The notes under the pieces were generated by a model. It did not search any database. It saw only the letters and a list, made by a program, of their open reading frames with translations, and had not been told where the DNA came from. Below are positions 24,612 through 36,325 of a DNA stretch of 64,000 nt, piece after piece; within the stretch, counting starts at the first letter, position 1, and each line of letters starts with the position of its first letter. This DNA is from Fistulifera solaris (taxonomy: Eukaryota), in NCBI GenBank assembly GCA_030295235.1, contig AP026124.1, positions 1,302,001 through 1,366,000 on the forward strand. The letters run 5' to 3'. The translations under genes were made by a program, and so were the position numbers.

Positions 24612-25533
24612 TGTTGTCGTGGTGAACGATCCGTTTGTTCTGTCGCCGAACAAGAATTTTGTGAGAAAAAGGGTGGAGAAACGGAGCAAAACGTAAATTG
24701 CCCCCCGTCGCGCCCTTTTTCGGCTCACGTCGTTGTCAATGATGTCAACGGGTTGGCCGCTTGAATGACGTATACCAAAAACTGCGATTACTATCAGACA
24801 CAAAGTACTATCCGAAACCCAAAACGGGTCGTCCTTCACCTTGCGTCATCGCAGATTTTCTCCTTGCTTACAAATAAAGCCTATACAATAAATGATGTTT
24901 CTATTGTGACGAATGTCGTACCACTTCTGAGACTCGCCCAACAAACTATAACGACAGAAAACAGGACGACGACTCCTCCTCCTCATCTAATTCCCTGTCC
25001 CGTTTCTTTGAACGGCGCTGAATGACGTCAGTGTACTGGCACAATATGCTATCTTTCCTTTTCCCAAATCCCAAAGTCTTTCCCCCGAGGTTGGAGATCA
25101 CGACTGACTCATTTTCCGGGACCCGTCCACAATTTGCCGCAGCCAACCAAAGCCGCGCCAAAAAAAGCCAAATGGTGGTGGGGTGTCAAACGAAAAAAAT
25201 CGCTGCTGTCGTCGCACTTTTGTGAGCCGGCAGAAACGCGCCACGTGAGTGAATTGGATTCTCACTCCTTGCATCTCCGACATTCACAAACCAACTGATC
25301 TTTCTCTGTTCCGCCTGACATTTTTCGGAGGCCCAACGAACTCTTCCAACTACTCATAGTGCATCAAGCCGTTCGAAAAAACGTTCACAGCAGCAACACG
25401 TGCTTTTACGTTTTCGCATCTCCGGTACCTGTTACCTCCAATTATTTGCTAAAAAGCGGTCGGCAGCCAAGCTTTGCGCTTTCGTGGTGAGGTCATTTGA
25501 GCTTTCTTCAAAAATAAGGAGTGTCTTTCGACC

Positions 25534-26607
25534 ATGCGAACTGCAACCGTGTTCGTTTGTATCACCGCGATCGTCCACGAAGCGGCTGCCTTTACCCACC
25601 CAAGTCTCGTGCGGCATTCGTTCCTTCATAAAGCTGCGTCCTTCAACGCACATTCCGAGGAGTCGTCCGATCAATCTGCTTTTCATGGCATCTCTTCGCA
25701 CGAGTTGCGACACATGAAAGACGCCAAAGTACGCAAGAGTGAGCCGCTCCAATCGTCCAAGTCATTTGTGTCCGGTGATGACCTGCAGAGCTTGCGCCGA
25801 GAAGTTCTCAGTCTTAACAAAGAGCGCCAGAAACTTTTAACGGCCAACAGCGATCCACATCGGGTGGCCGAGTTGGAGCAAGCGATATGGCAAGCCCAAC
25901 AAGTGGACGCCGAATATGTGTACTACATCTCCCAGCTGCGAGCAGAAAAAGCCGAAGAGGAGGGTGACTTGAAACGAGCGCAGCAGCACCGCAAACAAGC
26001 CAAACGAGCTCGCTCGGAACTTCCGCAATTTAACCTAGACGGACTCTGGGTAGGAAGATACGGCAACCACGGATTTGAAATGATTAATGTTACGTATGCG
26101 GGTGATACGATGATTGCTTACAAAGTCACCGATAACGACAACGTTCCTTCGGGTGAAGTATCCTTTACGGTCGATCTCAGTCCCAACCCCAAGACGATTC
26201 GCGGCGAAACACCGTTGCTCGAGCCGATCGAACTGAATCATGACGCGGCGGAACAATGGGGCTTGAAGTACTTGCCTCGTTTCACCGGACGCGGACAAGT
26301 AGCTCGGAAAGGGTTCCGCCATGCACAATGGGTAGAAGGTCAGCTTATCTTGGTCAAGAAGTATTTCAGTTTCGCCTGGCTACCCATCGGTCATCAAGTA
26401 TTCTTCGGTAGACCTTCGGCAGAACTTACACTCAAGATGCTTCGTGAATCGCGATCGAAGCGATTTGCGGATGAGAGCTCACGCGCCTTTCTGGCACGCT
26501 GTTGGGAAGAGACCGCCTATATTGAAGATGACATGGATGTTACCGACGGAATATTCAAATCGCATGATCAGTCGTTTTACTATGATCAAGTCGGGTGTTT
26601 TGAGTAA
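25534..26607 (+). CDS. Plastid-targeted DUF3506/cyclin-D1-binding (EXECUTER C-terminal-like) domain protein, paralog B
   Basis: Signal peptide plus AAAF. LDGLWVGRYGNHGFEMI, KVTDNDNVPSGEVSF, GRGQVARKGF, FSFAWLPI..QVFFGRPS.EL.LKMLRES (nearly identical to paralog A); ends GCFE*. Confidence 0.82.
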   Translation: MRTATVFVCITAIVHEAAAFTHPSLVRHSFLHKAASFNAHSEESSDQSAFHGISSHELRHMKDAKVRKSEPLQSSKSFVSGDDLQSLRREVLSLNKERQKLLTANSDPHRVAELEQAIWQAQQVDAEYVYYISQLRAEKAEEEGDLKRAQQHRKQAKRARSELPQFNLDGLWVGRYGNHGFEMINVTYAGDTMIAYKVTDNDNVPSGEVSFTVDLSPNPKTIRGETPLLEPIELNHDAAEQWGLKYLPRFTGRGQVARKGFRHAQWVEGQLILVKKYFSFAWLPIGHQVFFGRPSAELTLKMLRESRSKRFADESSRAFLARCWEETAYIEDDMDVTDGIFKSHDQSFYYDQVGCFE

Positions 26608-27144
26608 CGCCCTTGTTGGACGGTCGATCGTGAAGAGATTCTAGCTCACTTTGATGCTTTCGAATCCTCTATTGACATTCTCCACCGCCCCTGTGAAATC
26701 TCATGTAAACCACTCCTGTACACTACTGTTTTTCTCCAATAATCACAACATCACAAGAATACTGACAAAAGATAGTTCTATAAAATATTAGATTCTCGAT
26801 CATGTTAAAACGTAACTGTCCATTTATTGGTAGAGGTCGGAGAAAACGAGAAGCACAAAACTAGAAATCGTGTCTTTGTTCTAATCCTATGCCAATTCGT
26901 TAACTTTCTCCCTTTCTCTTTTTGCATTCTGGAAGGATACCTGGTACAGTACAGTAGCATGCTCCCCGATCCCCGATCTAGGTTGAGAATGCTTCAGACC
27001 AAAAGTCGCAACGGTAGTAGGTCGACGAAATAATGAGAACGAGAAGCACGAGGCATCATAGCCGAAGCGGACGACCCTTTTTATTCTTCACTTCGTCATG
27101 ACGATGACCGCGATTGGTAAAACGTTTGACTCATTCATCCAGCA

Positions 27145-27546
27145 ATGGAATCCTCGTTTCATGAAACAATTGTGCACAAGCGGCGAAATAGTATGAGCTC
27201 CAGTGAAAAGTCGCAATCGGAAGCTTCAAGTATTAACGATGAAACTGTGAACGAACCGACCGGCGACGTCGGCATCGAATTTTGCTACGACGAAAAGGAA
27301 GACCCGATGTTTCAACCCACAGAAGAGGACGTGGAACGTAAACGGAATGAATTATTAGAGGCGCTAGATGCAGAACATCAAATGCTTGAAAGACAAAAGC
27401 AACTTTACGAAGAACAACGAGATCTGAAAATAGCCATCGAGCGCGCAGAAACTGATACAAAGCTTCGAGAACTTCAAAAGACAAAGGATCTTCTAAAATC
27501 TCGGTTGAAAAAGTTTGAGCTGAGAAGTGAGAGAGCTCTTGATTAG
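27145..27546 (+). CDS. Hypothetical small acidic/coiled-coil protein
   Basis: 133-aa ORF with E/K/L heptad-like composition; no family recognised. Confidence 0.55.
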   Translation: MESSFHETIVHKRRNSMSSSEKSQSEASSINDETVNEPTGDVGIEFCYDEKEDPMFQPTEEDVERKRNELLEALDAEHQMLERQKQLYEEQRDLKIAIERAETDTKLRELQKTKDLLKSRLKKFELRSERALD

Positions 27547-28142
27547 CTGCCACCAGATTTCCCAGTGATAACTGTGCCTGCCCAAAATGCTGCTCAAGGA
27601 AGTGTCATAAGAACTGAAAAGCACATGGTCCATTTTCCGCATACGATTGATCAAAAGTTTCTATACTGGTCGGCTCAGCTCGAAGAAGGAGCTGGAATAC
27701 TTTGACTGATCCTATTCTTAGAGCTTTACCACTCATTACCAACGTTTTTACTCTAGCTTATGACAGCATTCAGAAGCAGCCAAAGCGAAGTGTGTGCTTC
27801 ATGACAAAGGACTTCGACGGTTCTTCGTAGTGAAACAAACTAGATTTCAAATTCTTTTTTTCTCAAAAACCACATTTAGTGTAATACCTATAGATTATAT
27901 ATTTGCCGATAAAAGACGACGCGGTGACGCGATCGATGATCTAGAATAGGCGTCTGCACAACCATCAGGGATGGAACAAAACAAAACACTAACAAATAAT
28001 ACCAATGGGGAGCATCTTCCTTCCATTGGATATATTGGAAATGCAAACGATGCTAACAAATAGATCGATCTTTCGCGAAAGTAGCGCATTTTAAACGCCA
28101 TACTGGCTGTTATCGGCGAAAGCGAGAAATTCGGCTGCCAGA

Positions 28143-28739
28143 ATGATGCGCAACGTTTTGATGCTCGTCATGTTGTCGTTCCTTCATCAGAGTCAATGCT
28201 TTGTATCGCGTTTATCATCTTCCAGACTGAAAGCCACACACCAACGAATCTATAGTCCGTTACGGAAAGGATCAAGGCTAACGCTTATGGACAAGAATTC
28301 TACAGACACCGACGAATTCGATTTTAACGTCGCGGATTTTTTCGGCATCGCTGTGGGTGCGCAGCTTTTAGGTCTTCAGGATGTTCTGGGCGAAGCAAAT
28401 TTTTGGAAGGATGGAGGGTGGTTTCAGCCTGTTACAATTGAATCCGGAGGCTCTGTGCTATCTGAGCTAGTACAGCGCTTCTCTGTCATGTGTTCAGTAT
28501 TTCTTGGTGCTTCATGGGTCCTTGGGTCTCCAAAAATGTTACCTGACAACATTAGTATCGTCAGCTTTGCAATCAAAACTGCGACAATGTATGGGATGAT
28601 TCGATTTCTTCTTGAATTCGTCACAGTTACAATGTTGAACGGAGAGGTTAGTCTATCGCAAACTTTGCGTGAGACGTATATGATTGGCCTGGCTACTGCT
28701 ACCACAAGATACATTCTGAAAAATTATATCTATCGATGA
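28143..28739 (+). CDS. Hypothetical membrane protein, probably plastid-targeted
   Basis: Signal peptide ending SQC-F followed by an S/R-rich transit-like segment; several hydrophobic helices. Confidence 0.65.
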   Translation: MMRNVLMLVMLSFLHQSQCFVSRLSSSRLKATHQRIYSPLRKGSRLTLMDKNSTDTDEFDFNVADFFGIAVGAQLLGLQDVLGEANFWKDGGWFQPVTIESGGSVLSELVQRFSVMCSVFLGASWVLGSPKMLPDNISIVSFAIKTATMYGMIRFLLEFVTVTMLNGEVSLSQTLRETYMIGLATATTRYILKNYIYR

Positions 28740-29221
28740 ATACGAGATTGATAATTGTATTTTTTTGAATACTTGTTAATGACGGAGGATCAGTTGAGTT
28801 GTAGATGGCACGCTCAGACGGGAAACGGAAGATTGCGAAGGAGCCGCATTAAGAGCAATTGATTTTTCTAGCTACTGCGAATAATTACTTACGAATGGCA
28901 CCTTAGTTTTCCCGCAACCGCCCCCAACTTTTTGTACTCACAAAACAACAAGGTGCTATGGTAATAAATAACGGTACGATAGGCATATTTAGGAGGATCA
29001 CGAGGAACCGCGAGGTAAATCTTCAAGTATTTAAGATTTTGCGATAGCGTGAATATCTAAACATATCCTAAATTTTCAGTACCACATCAAAAATACTTAG
29101 ATTGTTTCAAAGATCGTCCATCTCCGAAAACTCCACCCCGCATTTTCGTGACCATTATTTCCCCCAACAACTGCTGCAAGTTTTCGGGTTGATTTGACAT
29201 AACAGGCTACTCAAAGCAATC

Positions 29222-30557
29222 ATGTCCTCTCGTATAAACAGAATGCGGGATAGTCATGGCAATGAGATAGAGGAAATCGAGAAGAGATTGAGGATATTGC
29301 GATTACGGGCGCGCTTTGCAGCCGCCAGAGATCGGGCAAACAAAGTAGTAGATCATGGTGACTCGAATAGAATTCACTCGAACGCATACAATCAATCTCG
29401 GAAGCCGTATCGTGATCACGATCTTCGACCTTTATCAGACCGACAGTCACGAGTTTTTGAATCAAGAGGGGGTATCTTGGACACTGGTTTGTGCGCCCTT
29501 CCTTATCATGGGTTTGCAATGCGGTTGTTCGGATCCGAAAGTGAGGATGATGAGTATTTGTTCAGCGACGATGATAACAGCATTCTAGATGAGGATCGGA
29601 GTGACGAAGATGATGAAATAATGTCTCGTATTCTTATCCCATCTTCGATCCACCACGTTGCTCCTATCCAGCAGACTGGTCGGCGTTACGTCACTCCATC
29701 TTCGCTACAAGCCGATGTAGTGGGTATTAAAAGAAACTCATCCCAGAAGAACCCTCTCTTTTCTAAGAATACGCCTCATGAACCTTCAAAGCCTTCGCCA
29801 ATGGTACAACAAGACCTGACATGTACTTCGACGATTTCCAGCCATGCTCAGTCCACGAAAACTAAAAACCACGGTCAATCGTCTTCATCCATTAAGACGA
29901 GTGATACGAAGAAAAACTTGGTTAAGTCGCCTCAAGTGTCAGTCTCACGCAGACAAAGATGACATTTGGATCCCTAAGAATATCCCCCACATTCCCCTAG
30001 AACACGACATTCATAATTGGAATGTTGGACAAATGCGTCGAGCAGATAAGTCGAATGTCCTCCGAAGTAAGACCTGGAATCAAGATGATTTAAGTACGAT
30101 TGCCACTTATCCAAGCATCGAGGTGAAACAACCTAAAACAATGAGACAGACGAGACCACAATCAGAGAACCCACCAAACCCTTCTCACTCTCAGCCGCCT
30201 TCTGACGGATCTTCTTTCGAAAATACGACCCCATTATCGCACTCTCGTTTAAAACCCATTCGATCGGTATCGACGGGGCGCTCACGATCTTTTATTAGTA
30301 TGTCAGGAAGTGGGATGTGTCCAGTGGCTACTCCGAAACAAGGTTTGCCACGTGTCGGAACAGGACATTCGCGCAAATCGACGAGCTCGTCGAAGAGCAG
30401 AAGCAAGATGAAAAAGGTTTCAAAGCCCTTATCAATTGATCTGAAGCTGTCCGCCTCTGACGACAGTGCCGATCCTTATGAAACTATCCAATATTTTCAG
30501 ACACCTTATGGACAGCCTAAAACGGGGACCGGGAAAATACCATCATCGTGGTGGTAG
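29222..30557 (+). CDS. Hypothetical Ser/Pro/Lys-rich disordered protein (one frameshift near 29950)
   Basis: Two overlapping long ORFs (29222..29962 and 29844..30557) of similar low-complexity composition. Confidence 0.5.
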
Positions 30558-30892
30558 ATCAATTTGCATAAATGATTATAAATTGTTGTATTTGTTATTT
30601 GCCCACTTACTGCTCCTTTCCTTTACTAATGCTAATCATCCGAGCTAAATCCGTTTAGCGTTAGACTTTAGACTGTCCATCTTTCAGATGCGGAATTCAG
30701 ATTTCTGTATGGCGATAACAAGACGTTTTGCACTTAAAAAAAGAAAATGAGAAGTTTAAGTAGAAACCGAGCGTTGTACGTTATACTGCGGTCACATTTT
30801 CCGAAAGAGTTTTTCGTTTTCTTCCAATTCTGATCCATTTGCTATGGATGGAGGGCGTTGCTCTCCGGACAAACTTTTACTGAAACACCAGA

Positions 30893-33121
30893 ATGACTGA
30901 CGAAGATGGAAACAATCTGCCCTGGGATTCACTGTGGGAGTACCTTCTTGGCGACGAAGAACTTGATTCTTTTCCACGGAGGGGTAGAAATGTTTCACGA
31001 CGCCGACAGAAAGTTCGCTTGCATGACACCCAGATGCAACTCAATTTTCCAGCAAGTCCTCGTGGCCGAACCACTTCTAGTGTGACCAATCCTTCCCGAT
31101 CCAGTGAGTTTGAATTTCAAGCAAAGATGCTGAACGTGCACAGTATGACTTCCGAAAAGACGTCACACCGTAGTAACGCTCGGAATGACTCAAGAAACGA
31201 TCACCTGCTTGCAGATACCAGATGTAGCAATCAAAGCGAATGGGACATGCGGGATGAAAAGACAACGAGCAGCCAACAACCTCTCCATATTGCACAAAAA
31301 CGTCGAGCAGTGCTACTGGTGAAATGCCAAAAAAAACTGAACAAGGTAGAGACATGGAATTAGAAAGACTCCAAGTGTCTCGTGTACATGCACCGCTAGC
31401 TAAAGATGATGCTTCATCTGCTAATAGCAACTCTCCAGCTTGGGTTATTCGACTGCAGTATACTCCACAAAGACGCCTATCGACGGAAGACAAGAAAATT
31501 CCGGAAGCAGCGAACACCAATCGAAGAACAGACATCTCTTCTTTGCAAACTTCGAATGTTTCCTCTAATCATGCCGGAAGTAAGAGAGATTACCCAATGG
31601 TGCTTCAGCCAAGAAATGGAAGTGAAAACGACACTTTAGACCCTTTCCTTCAGGCCGAAAGCAGCACAGAACGAATAGTTGCTCAATGTTTTGCTAGTAC
31701 TCCCAATCGGAAGAGAGCAACACATCGTGGTGCTTGTCGTTCCATTAGAAATCTGTCTGAAATGGAGAGAATAATGTCAATGAAAGCTGGTGTTCCTATT
31801 TATCAGCTTTCACGTGATGAGTTAATCGAAATGTTTCCAAAACTTGTGGCTGTCGCAGACAAAACAACCGAGGTGATTGGACGCTCTTCTGAATTCCAGA
31901 GTTCTATTCCTGCTCATCTGCAGGCATCTCTTGCAAATCAAGGGGAACCGCAATTACTCTATGAATACAACTATGAGTCCGAAGAGCACAAGTTTGTCTC
32001 ATACAGATCTTTCAGTGCTTCGCCATTGGCTTCCATGCACGTCGAAACTAGGAAAATCGACAGATCGCCGTCGGTTGGGACAATGGATGTGTTAATCCAA
32101 GTGGAGGTACGAATACGCTTAAAGCTTACAATGTCCATTTACTTCTGAGCTAACCATTCTATTTTAGGCGTCCACCGTGTCTCCGACTGACTGTTTCATC
32201 CGGCAAGGAAAATGTCCGAGTCATATTTCTGTCCCGTTACCAAACACCCCAGGAGTTGACGCAGTTGGAAAAATATATCGCATCGATAAGCGGTCATCTC
32301 AACGATACAAGCTTGCAACCGGAGATCGAGTAATGTCATTGGTAAAGTGGGGAGGGAATGCAAGGTATCTGCAAATCGATCCTAGCAAAGCAATAAAAAT
32401 ACCCGAAACGGTTGACCCGGCTTCTGCAGTGTGTCTGACAGAGACATACCTTGCCGCATGCCAAATTCTTTTTCATGGGATTGTGGGAGCTAAACGCCAA
32501 AGGAAAGGCTCGCTAGCAGGGAAAACGTATATGCTTTCCGGATCGATTGATCCTAAACTTGCACGCGCGATTGTAGCGATTGCGAAGTATGCTGGAATCA
32601 AGGCCATTTACACCAGCGCTAAATGCAAATACAACCGATACTTTAAAAAGTTAGGCATAGTCCCATACGACCAGGAAAGGGATGATCTGACAGCAGCCAT
32701 GGAAGGAAAGTTCGATCGTGTAATATTATTTCCTCAAGACGTTTCAAAATCTCGTTTCGATGTTTTGAAGAAAGAAGGAGACATAATAGTTGTTTGGGGG
32801 ATGGGGGGCGCACGGAAGTCCCATGAACCTTCGAAATTGCAGCCAAATATTTTCTGCAGCAGATATAAATCGCAACACCACGGAAAAACCTACAATTATG
32901 ATGTCTTTGAAGAATGGGCGGAACGAAATGAGCAGTGTAAATCTGATCTTTCGTTCCTCGTTGGTCTTCTGAGTAAAGGTATCATAGCTCCACATATCCA
33001 TCATCGCATTTCTCTACGTCAAGTAGGAAAGGCCCAAGAAATGCTTGAAGCAAAGCAATTTTCCGGATTTATTGTTTGCGAACCTTGGCTAGTTTCGAAA
33101 TCAAAAGCTCTTCGTCTTTAG
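30893..33121 (+). CDS. Long disordered N-terminus fused to a medium-chain dehydrogenase/reductase (GroES-like/quinone oxidoreductase) domain
   Basis: DVLIQVE|ASTVS.TDC.IR.G, LPNTPGVDAVG, GDRVMSLVKWGGNARY, A.CL.ETYL.A.Q, I.L.QV.KAQ.MLE. Intron ~32107-32167; frameshift at the A8 run near 31329. Confidence 0.75.
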
Positions 33122-33158
33122 CGTAAATTAGTATTCTAGTAGTGTAATCCAAGTCAAA

Positions 33159-35593
33159 TTATTGATCTTGGCAATTGTCCAAAACAACTTGTTTCATTAC
33201 TCGATAGGGCGCACTCCTTCCTGTCCATAATTCAAACTGTCCGACTCCTTGTTCCCAAAGCATTTCCGAGCCACGCACGAAACTGCACCCAGTTGCCTCG
33301 GCCTGCCTCAGTAGTTCTGTGTAGTATGGTTTGTAATTAACATCGAAAATGATTGGTTTATCTCCATCAAGCAGCAACAACCAAGGAGGCAAAACAAACT
33401 CCGCAGCAGCGGGAAGCGTACTGATCACAACCCGAATATTACTTCCTGGTGTCTTTCGCAAGATATCGCCAAGATGAATGCTTTCTTGCGAAGACTGCTC
33501 GTCAAGGGATGTGACGACTGTCCCACCGAACGACTCAACAAGATCTTGAGCTTTGGATGGAGTGCGATTGTAATATATGCATTGCAGACCAAGTTTCCTC
33601 GCCACGTAGGCCGCAGCACGGGCGGTCCCACCTGCGCCCAATATTAAAGCGTAGTCTAAAGAGTGATCAACGTTACTGCCCAAGAGACGATTCAGAGGAT
33701 TGTATATTCCTCGCCAATCAGTGTTATCTCCATAGATCACTCTCTTGAAATCATCTTCAACAAATTCCTCTTTGGCAATAATAGTATTCACACTTCCGAT
33801 AGCTCTAGCTGCATCGCTCATCACATCAACGTAAGGAATAATTGCCTGCTTATGAGGAATAGTTACACTCGTTCCTCCAAACACAGTCGACTTGAAAAAA
33901 TCTGACTGGACAAACTCTTCAACAGTAGGAACATCGACCCTGACGTATTGATGAGGGAAGTTTTGTCGCAGCGAAAGCAGCTCCATGCATTTGTGGACTG
34001 ACTGAGTACGCAATGTTATGTCCCAAAATGGCGTACGTCTTCTTTTCAAATATATTCGTGAGCAATCTCGTCGTCATGATTTCACTGGAAGTCATCTGTC
34101 CTGGAGCTGCTTTGAAAGGAAGCGATTCATGCGTGACCGGTGTAAAGGGAAAGTTGATTACTCGCGAGAACTGGCCAACATCGCCAAGGACGAGCGAAAT
34201 ATGAGGAATTACTGGATTTCCGTCTTGTTCCGCTAGTTCGGCCGCAATCAATGCCGCTTCGTACGCCATTCGATCTCGCGATTCGTCTGTGATCGATAAA
34301 ACAACCTTGGCTCCATGGGCCCTTCCATTCAGAGCACATTTTTGGAAGAATAACACCGCCTCTTCCGTTGAGACTTCCTTGCCGACAACATGATGGCTGC
34401 CCAGGATCTGACTCGAGTAACGCTCCTCTGCCCTATCCAGTAGATTGCTCGTCTTCTGCGAGTCCCACGCGCTTTCCACGTCTAAGACCTCCACACCACC
34501 ACGCAAACCCCACTGAAGTAACTGGAACATAGACTCAATTCCCTTTTCATCGTCGGGGTACGTGCCAGCCTGATTGGCGGTACGAACAGTGTAAACAATG
34601 GGCATGCAATCTTCTATGACAGAACCCACAAACGGCAGCGCAGGACTTCGTCGGGTATGAGGACGACAGTATCGACGCAATTTTTGCATCCCGTAAAGAA
34701 GATCGAATCGGCTGTCGCGACAATCCAGCAAGTCGGTTCGGTATTCCATGGCATCGACATCGGCGCACATGCTTTCTACGAATGGTTCCACTTGTGTAAT
34801 TTCCGGAAAACTTAAACTAAGGAAGAACGTGTGATCTCCCATGGTAAGGTGTGCCGTGTTGGATGTTCTTGTTTTGTCACCTGGAATGGGAGGTATCAAT
34901 CGTGCTCGCGCGAGCAATCGAATCATTTCCCATTCGATGTGCTCCCAGGAGGATGTAGTATCCTTCTCGTCTCGTGTGCCTTCGTCGCGGATACAAAGCT
35001 CATAATCTGAATTCGGCACCAAGACGCTTTCTTCTATTTGTTCTTTGAGCGCTCTGGCTTCCTTGCTCATTTCACTGCTGGAGGGTTCGACGTTCACGTA
35101 AATAGCCAAATGCCCGCTCTCACAGAAAGCTTTCACCAAATCCGACAAGTCAACTTGTGTCATTTGATTTGAGTCTTTGCCGGTTTGAACTTGCCGGAAA
35201 TCAATAACAGCAATATCAGGCCCATGAGAGTGTTCAACAATGTCTTGAATTGGCCGTAGATTTCCAGTGTCATCCATCAATGGAATCAACTGACTCGTTT
35301 TCAATGGCGTTTGAATCAAATAGTTCGCGAGTCGGTTCAATTCGTTCCCCCTTCTCGGAAGACATTCCGATGAGAACAATTGGCTTGTCGTACTCGTGAA
35401 ATATATTTCTACTAGTGAACATTGCAGTTTTAGTATCGGTAGCCATCGTTTGCGAGGCTGTCAGTAAAGAACAAGTCTCGGTCGATGTTATATGCCGATC
35501 CGAGGTGAAACGACTACCCGCGCTTAAGAACGCCGATGAGAACGTCGTGAAGCAGCACAAAAAAAGATATGCGAAGCGGGGGATCGACTTCAT
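33159..35593 (-). CDS. Plastid-targeted type I 3-dehydroquinate dehydratase / shikimate dehydrogenase fusion with an N-terminal shikimate-kinase-like region
   Basis: Signal peptide plus SSAF. DHQase motifs [34 protein letters not shown] motifs [53 protein letters not shown]. Frameshifts near 35347 and 33956. Confidence 0.9.
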
Positions 35594-35980
35594 CGTTTAT
35601 TTCGAAAATTCGAAACAAAACGAAAACAGAGGCTGGCGTATGTGATAAAAAGCAACTGATTGAATGGATCGCACATCGGATGCATCATACAAATTCTCTT
35701 TTGTCATACGTCACATTGCCATTAAAATCGTCGCGAGTCACGAACAAGTTAGTGAGGACTAAAACTACTGCATAGAAGATCGAGCCTAACGATTCGATGA
35801 CAAGAATAAGAAGTTGATTTATCAGCGCAAACAGGGCAACCTCAATAGTCACAACATGCAGCCATCTAACCTGCAGCTCGTTCCACTTGTGGCAGATATT
35901 GAACGACGAAATAATGACAATCGATTTTCACAAATGAAAAATGGTTGATGCATCTGTTTAATCTTTGATTGCTGATAAAT

Positions 35981-36325
35981 CTATGCATCTACATTCTCGG
36001 TTGACAGTCCCTTGAATGTGGAAACTTCTACAAGTTGAGCAAGGGTGTACAACTTTTCATCGGCATCCTCATCTTCGTTGCGCTTTCGGCTCAATCGCAC
36101 TCGAACACGGGTTGGTACGTTCTTTACACCAGACTTCCAAACAAATTTATTCAAGGCGGCATCAATTCGTACATCTGAAGTTCCCATAGCTTTTTGCGCA
36201 AACGCACGGATTTCCTTCATGGCGCGAGGGGCGCGGCGCTTGAATTGCAACTTGTGTACGCGCTTCGATAAGTGAATAGTGTAGTCTCGTGTAACGAGAT
36301 CTGGTTTGGGGGCGCCTTTGACCAT
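35981..36325 (-). CDS. RPL31: 60S ribosomal protein L31 (eL31)
   Basis: [14 protein letters not shown]...[37 protein letters not shown] 5'-UTR intron is probable (minus-strand GTAAGG donor near 36519, TTTACAG acceptor near 36354). Confidence 0.98.
   Translation of the reverse strand: MVKGAPKPDLVTRDYTIHLSKRVHKLQFKRRAPRAMKEIRAFAQKAMGTSDVRIDAALNKFVWKSGVKNVPTRVRVRLSRKRNEDEDADEKLYTLAQLVEVSTFKGLSTENVDA

Noticed and set aside
27544..27705. Possible stop-codon readthrough: about 50 open codons in frame after the TAG of ORF 27145
   Set aside because: An open stretch this long occurs by chance fairly often and the extension has no recognisable motif.
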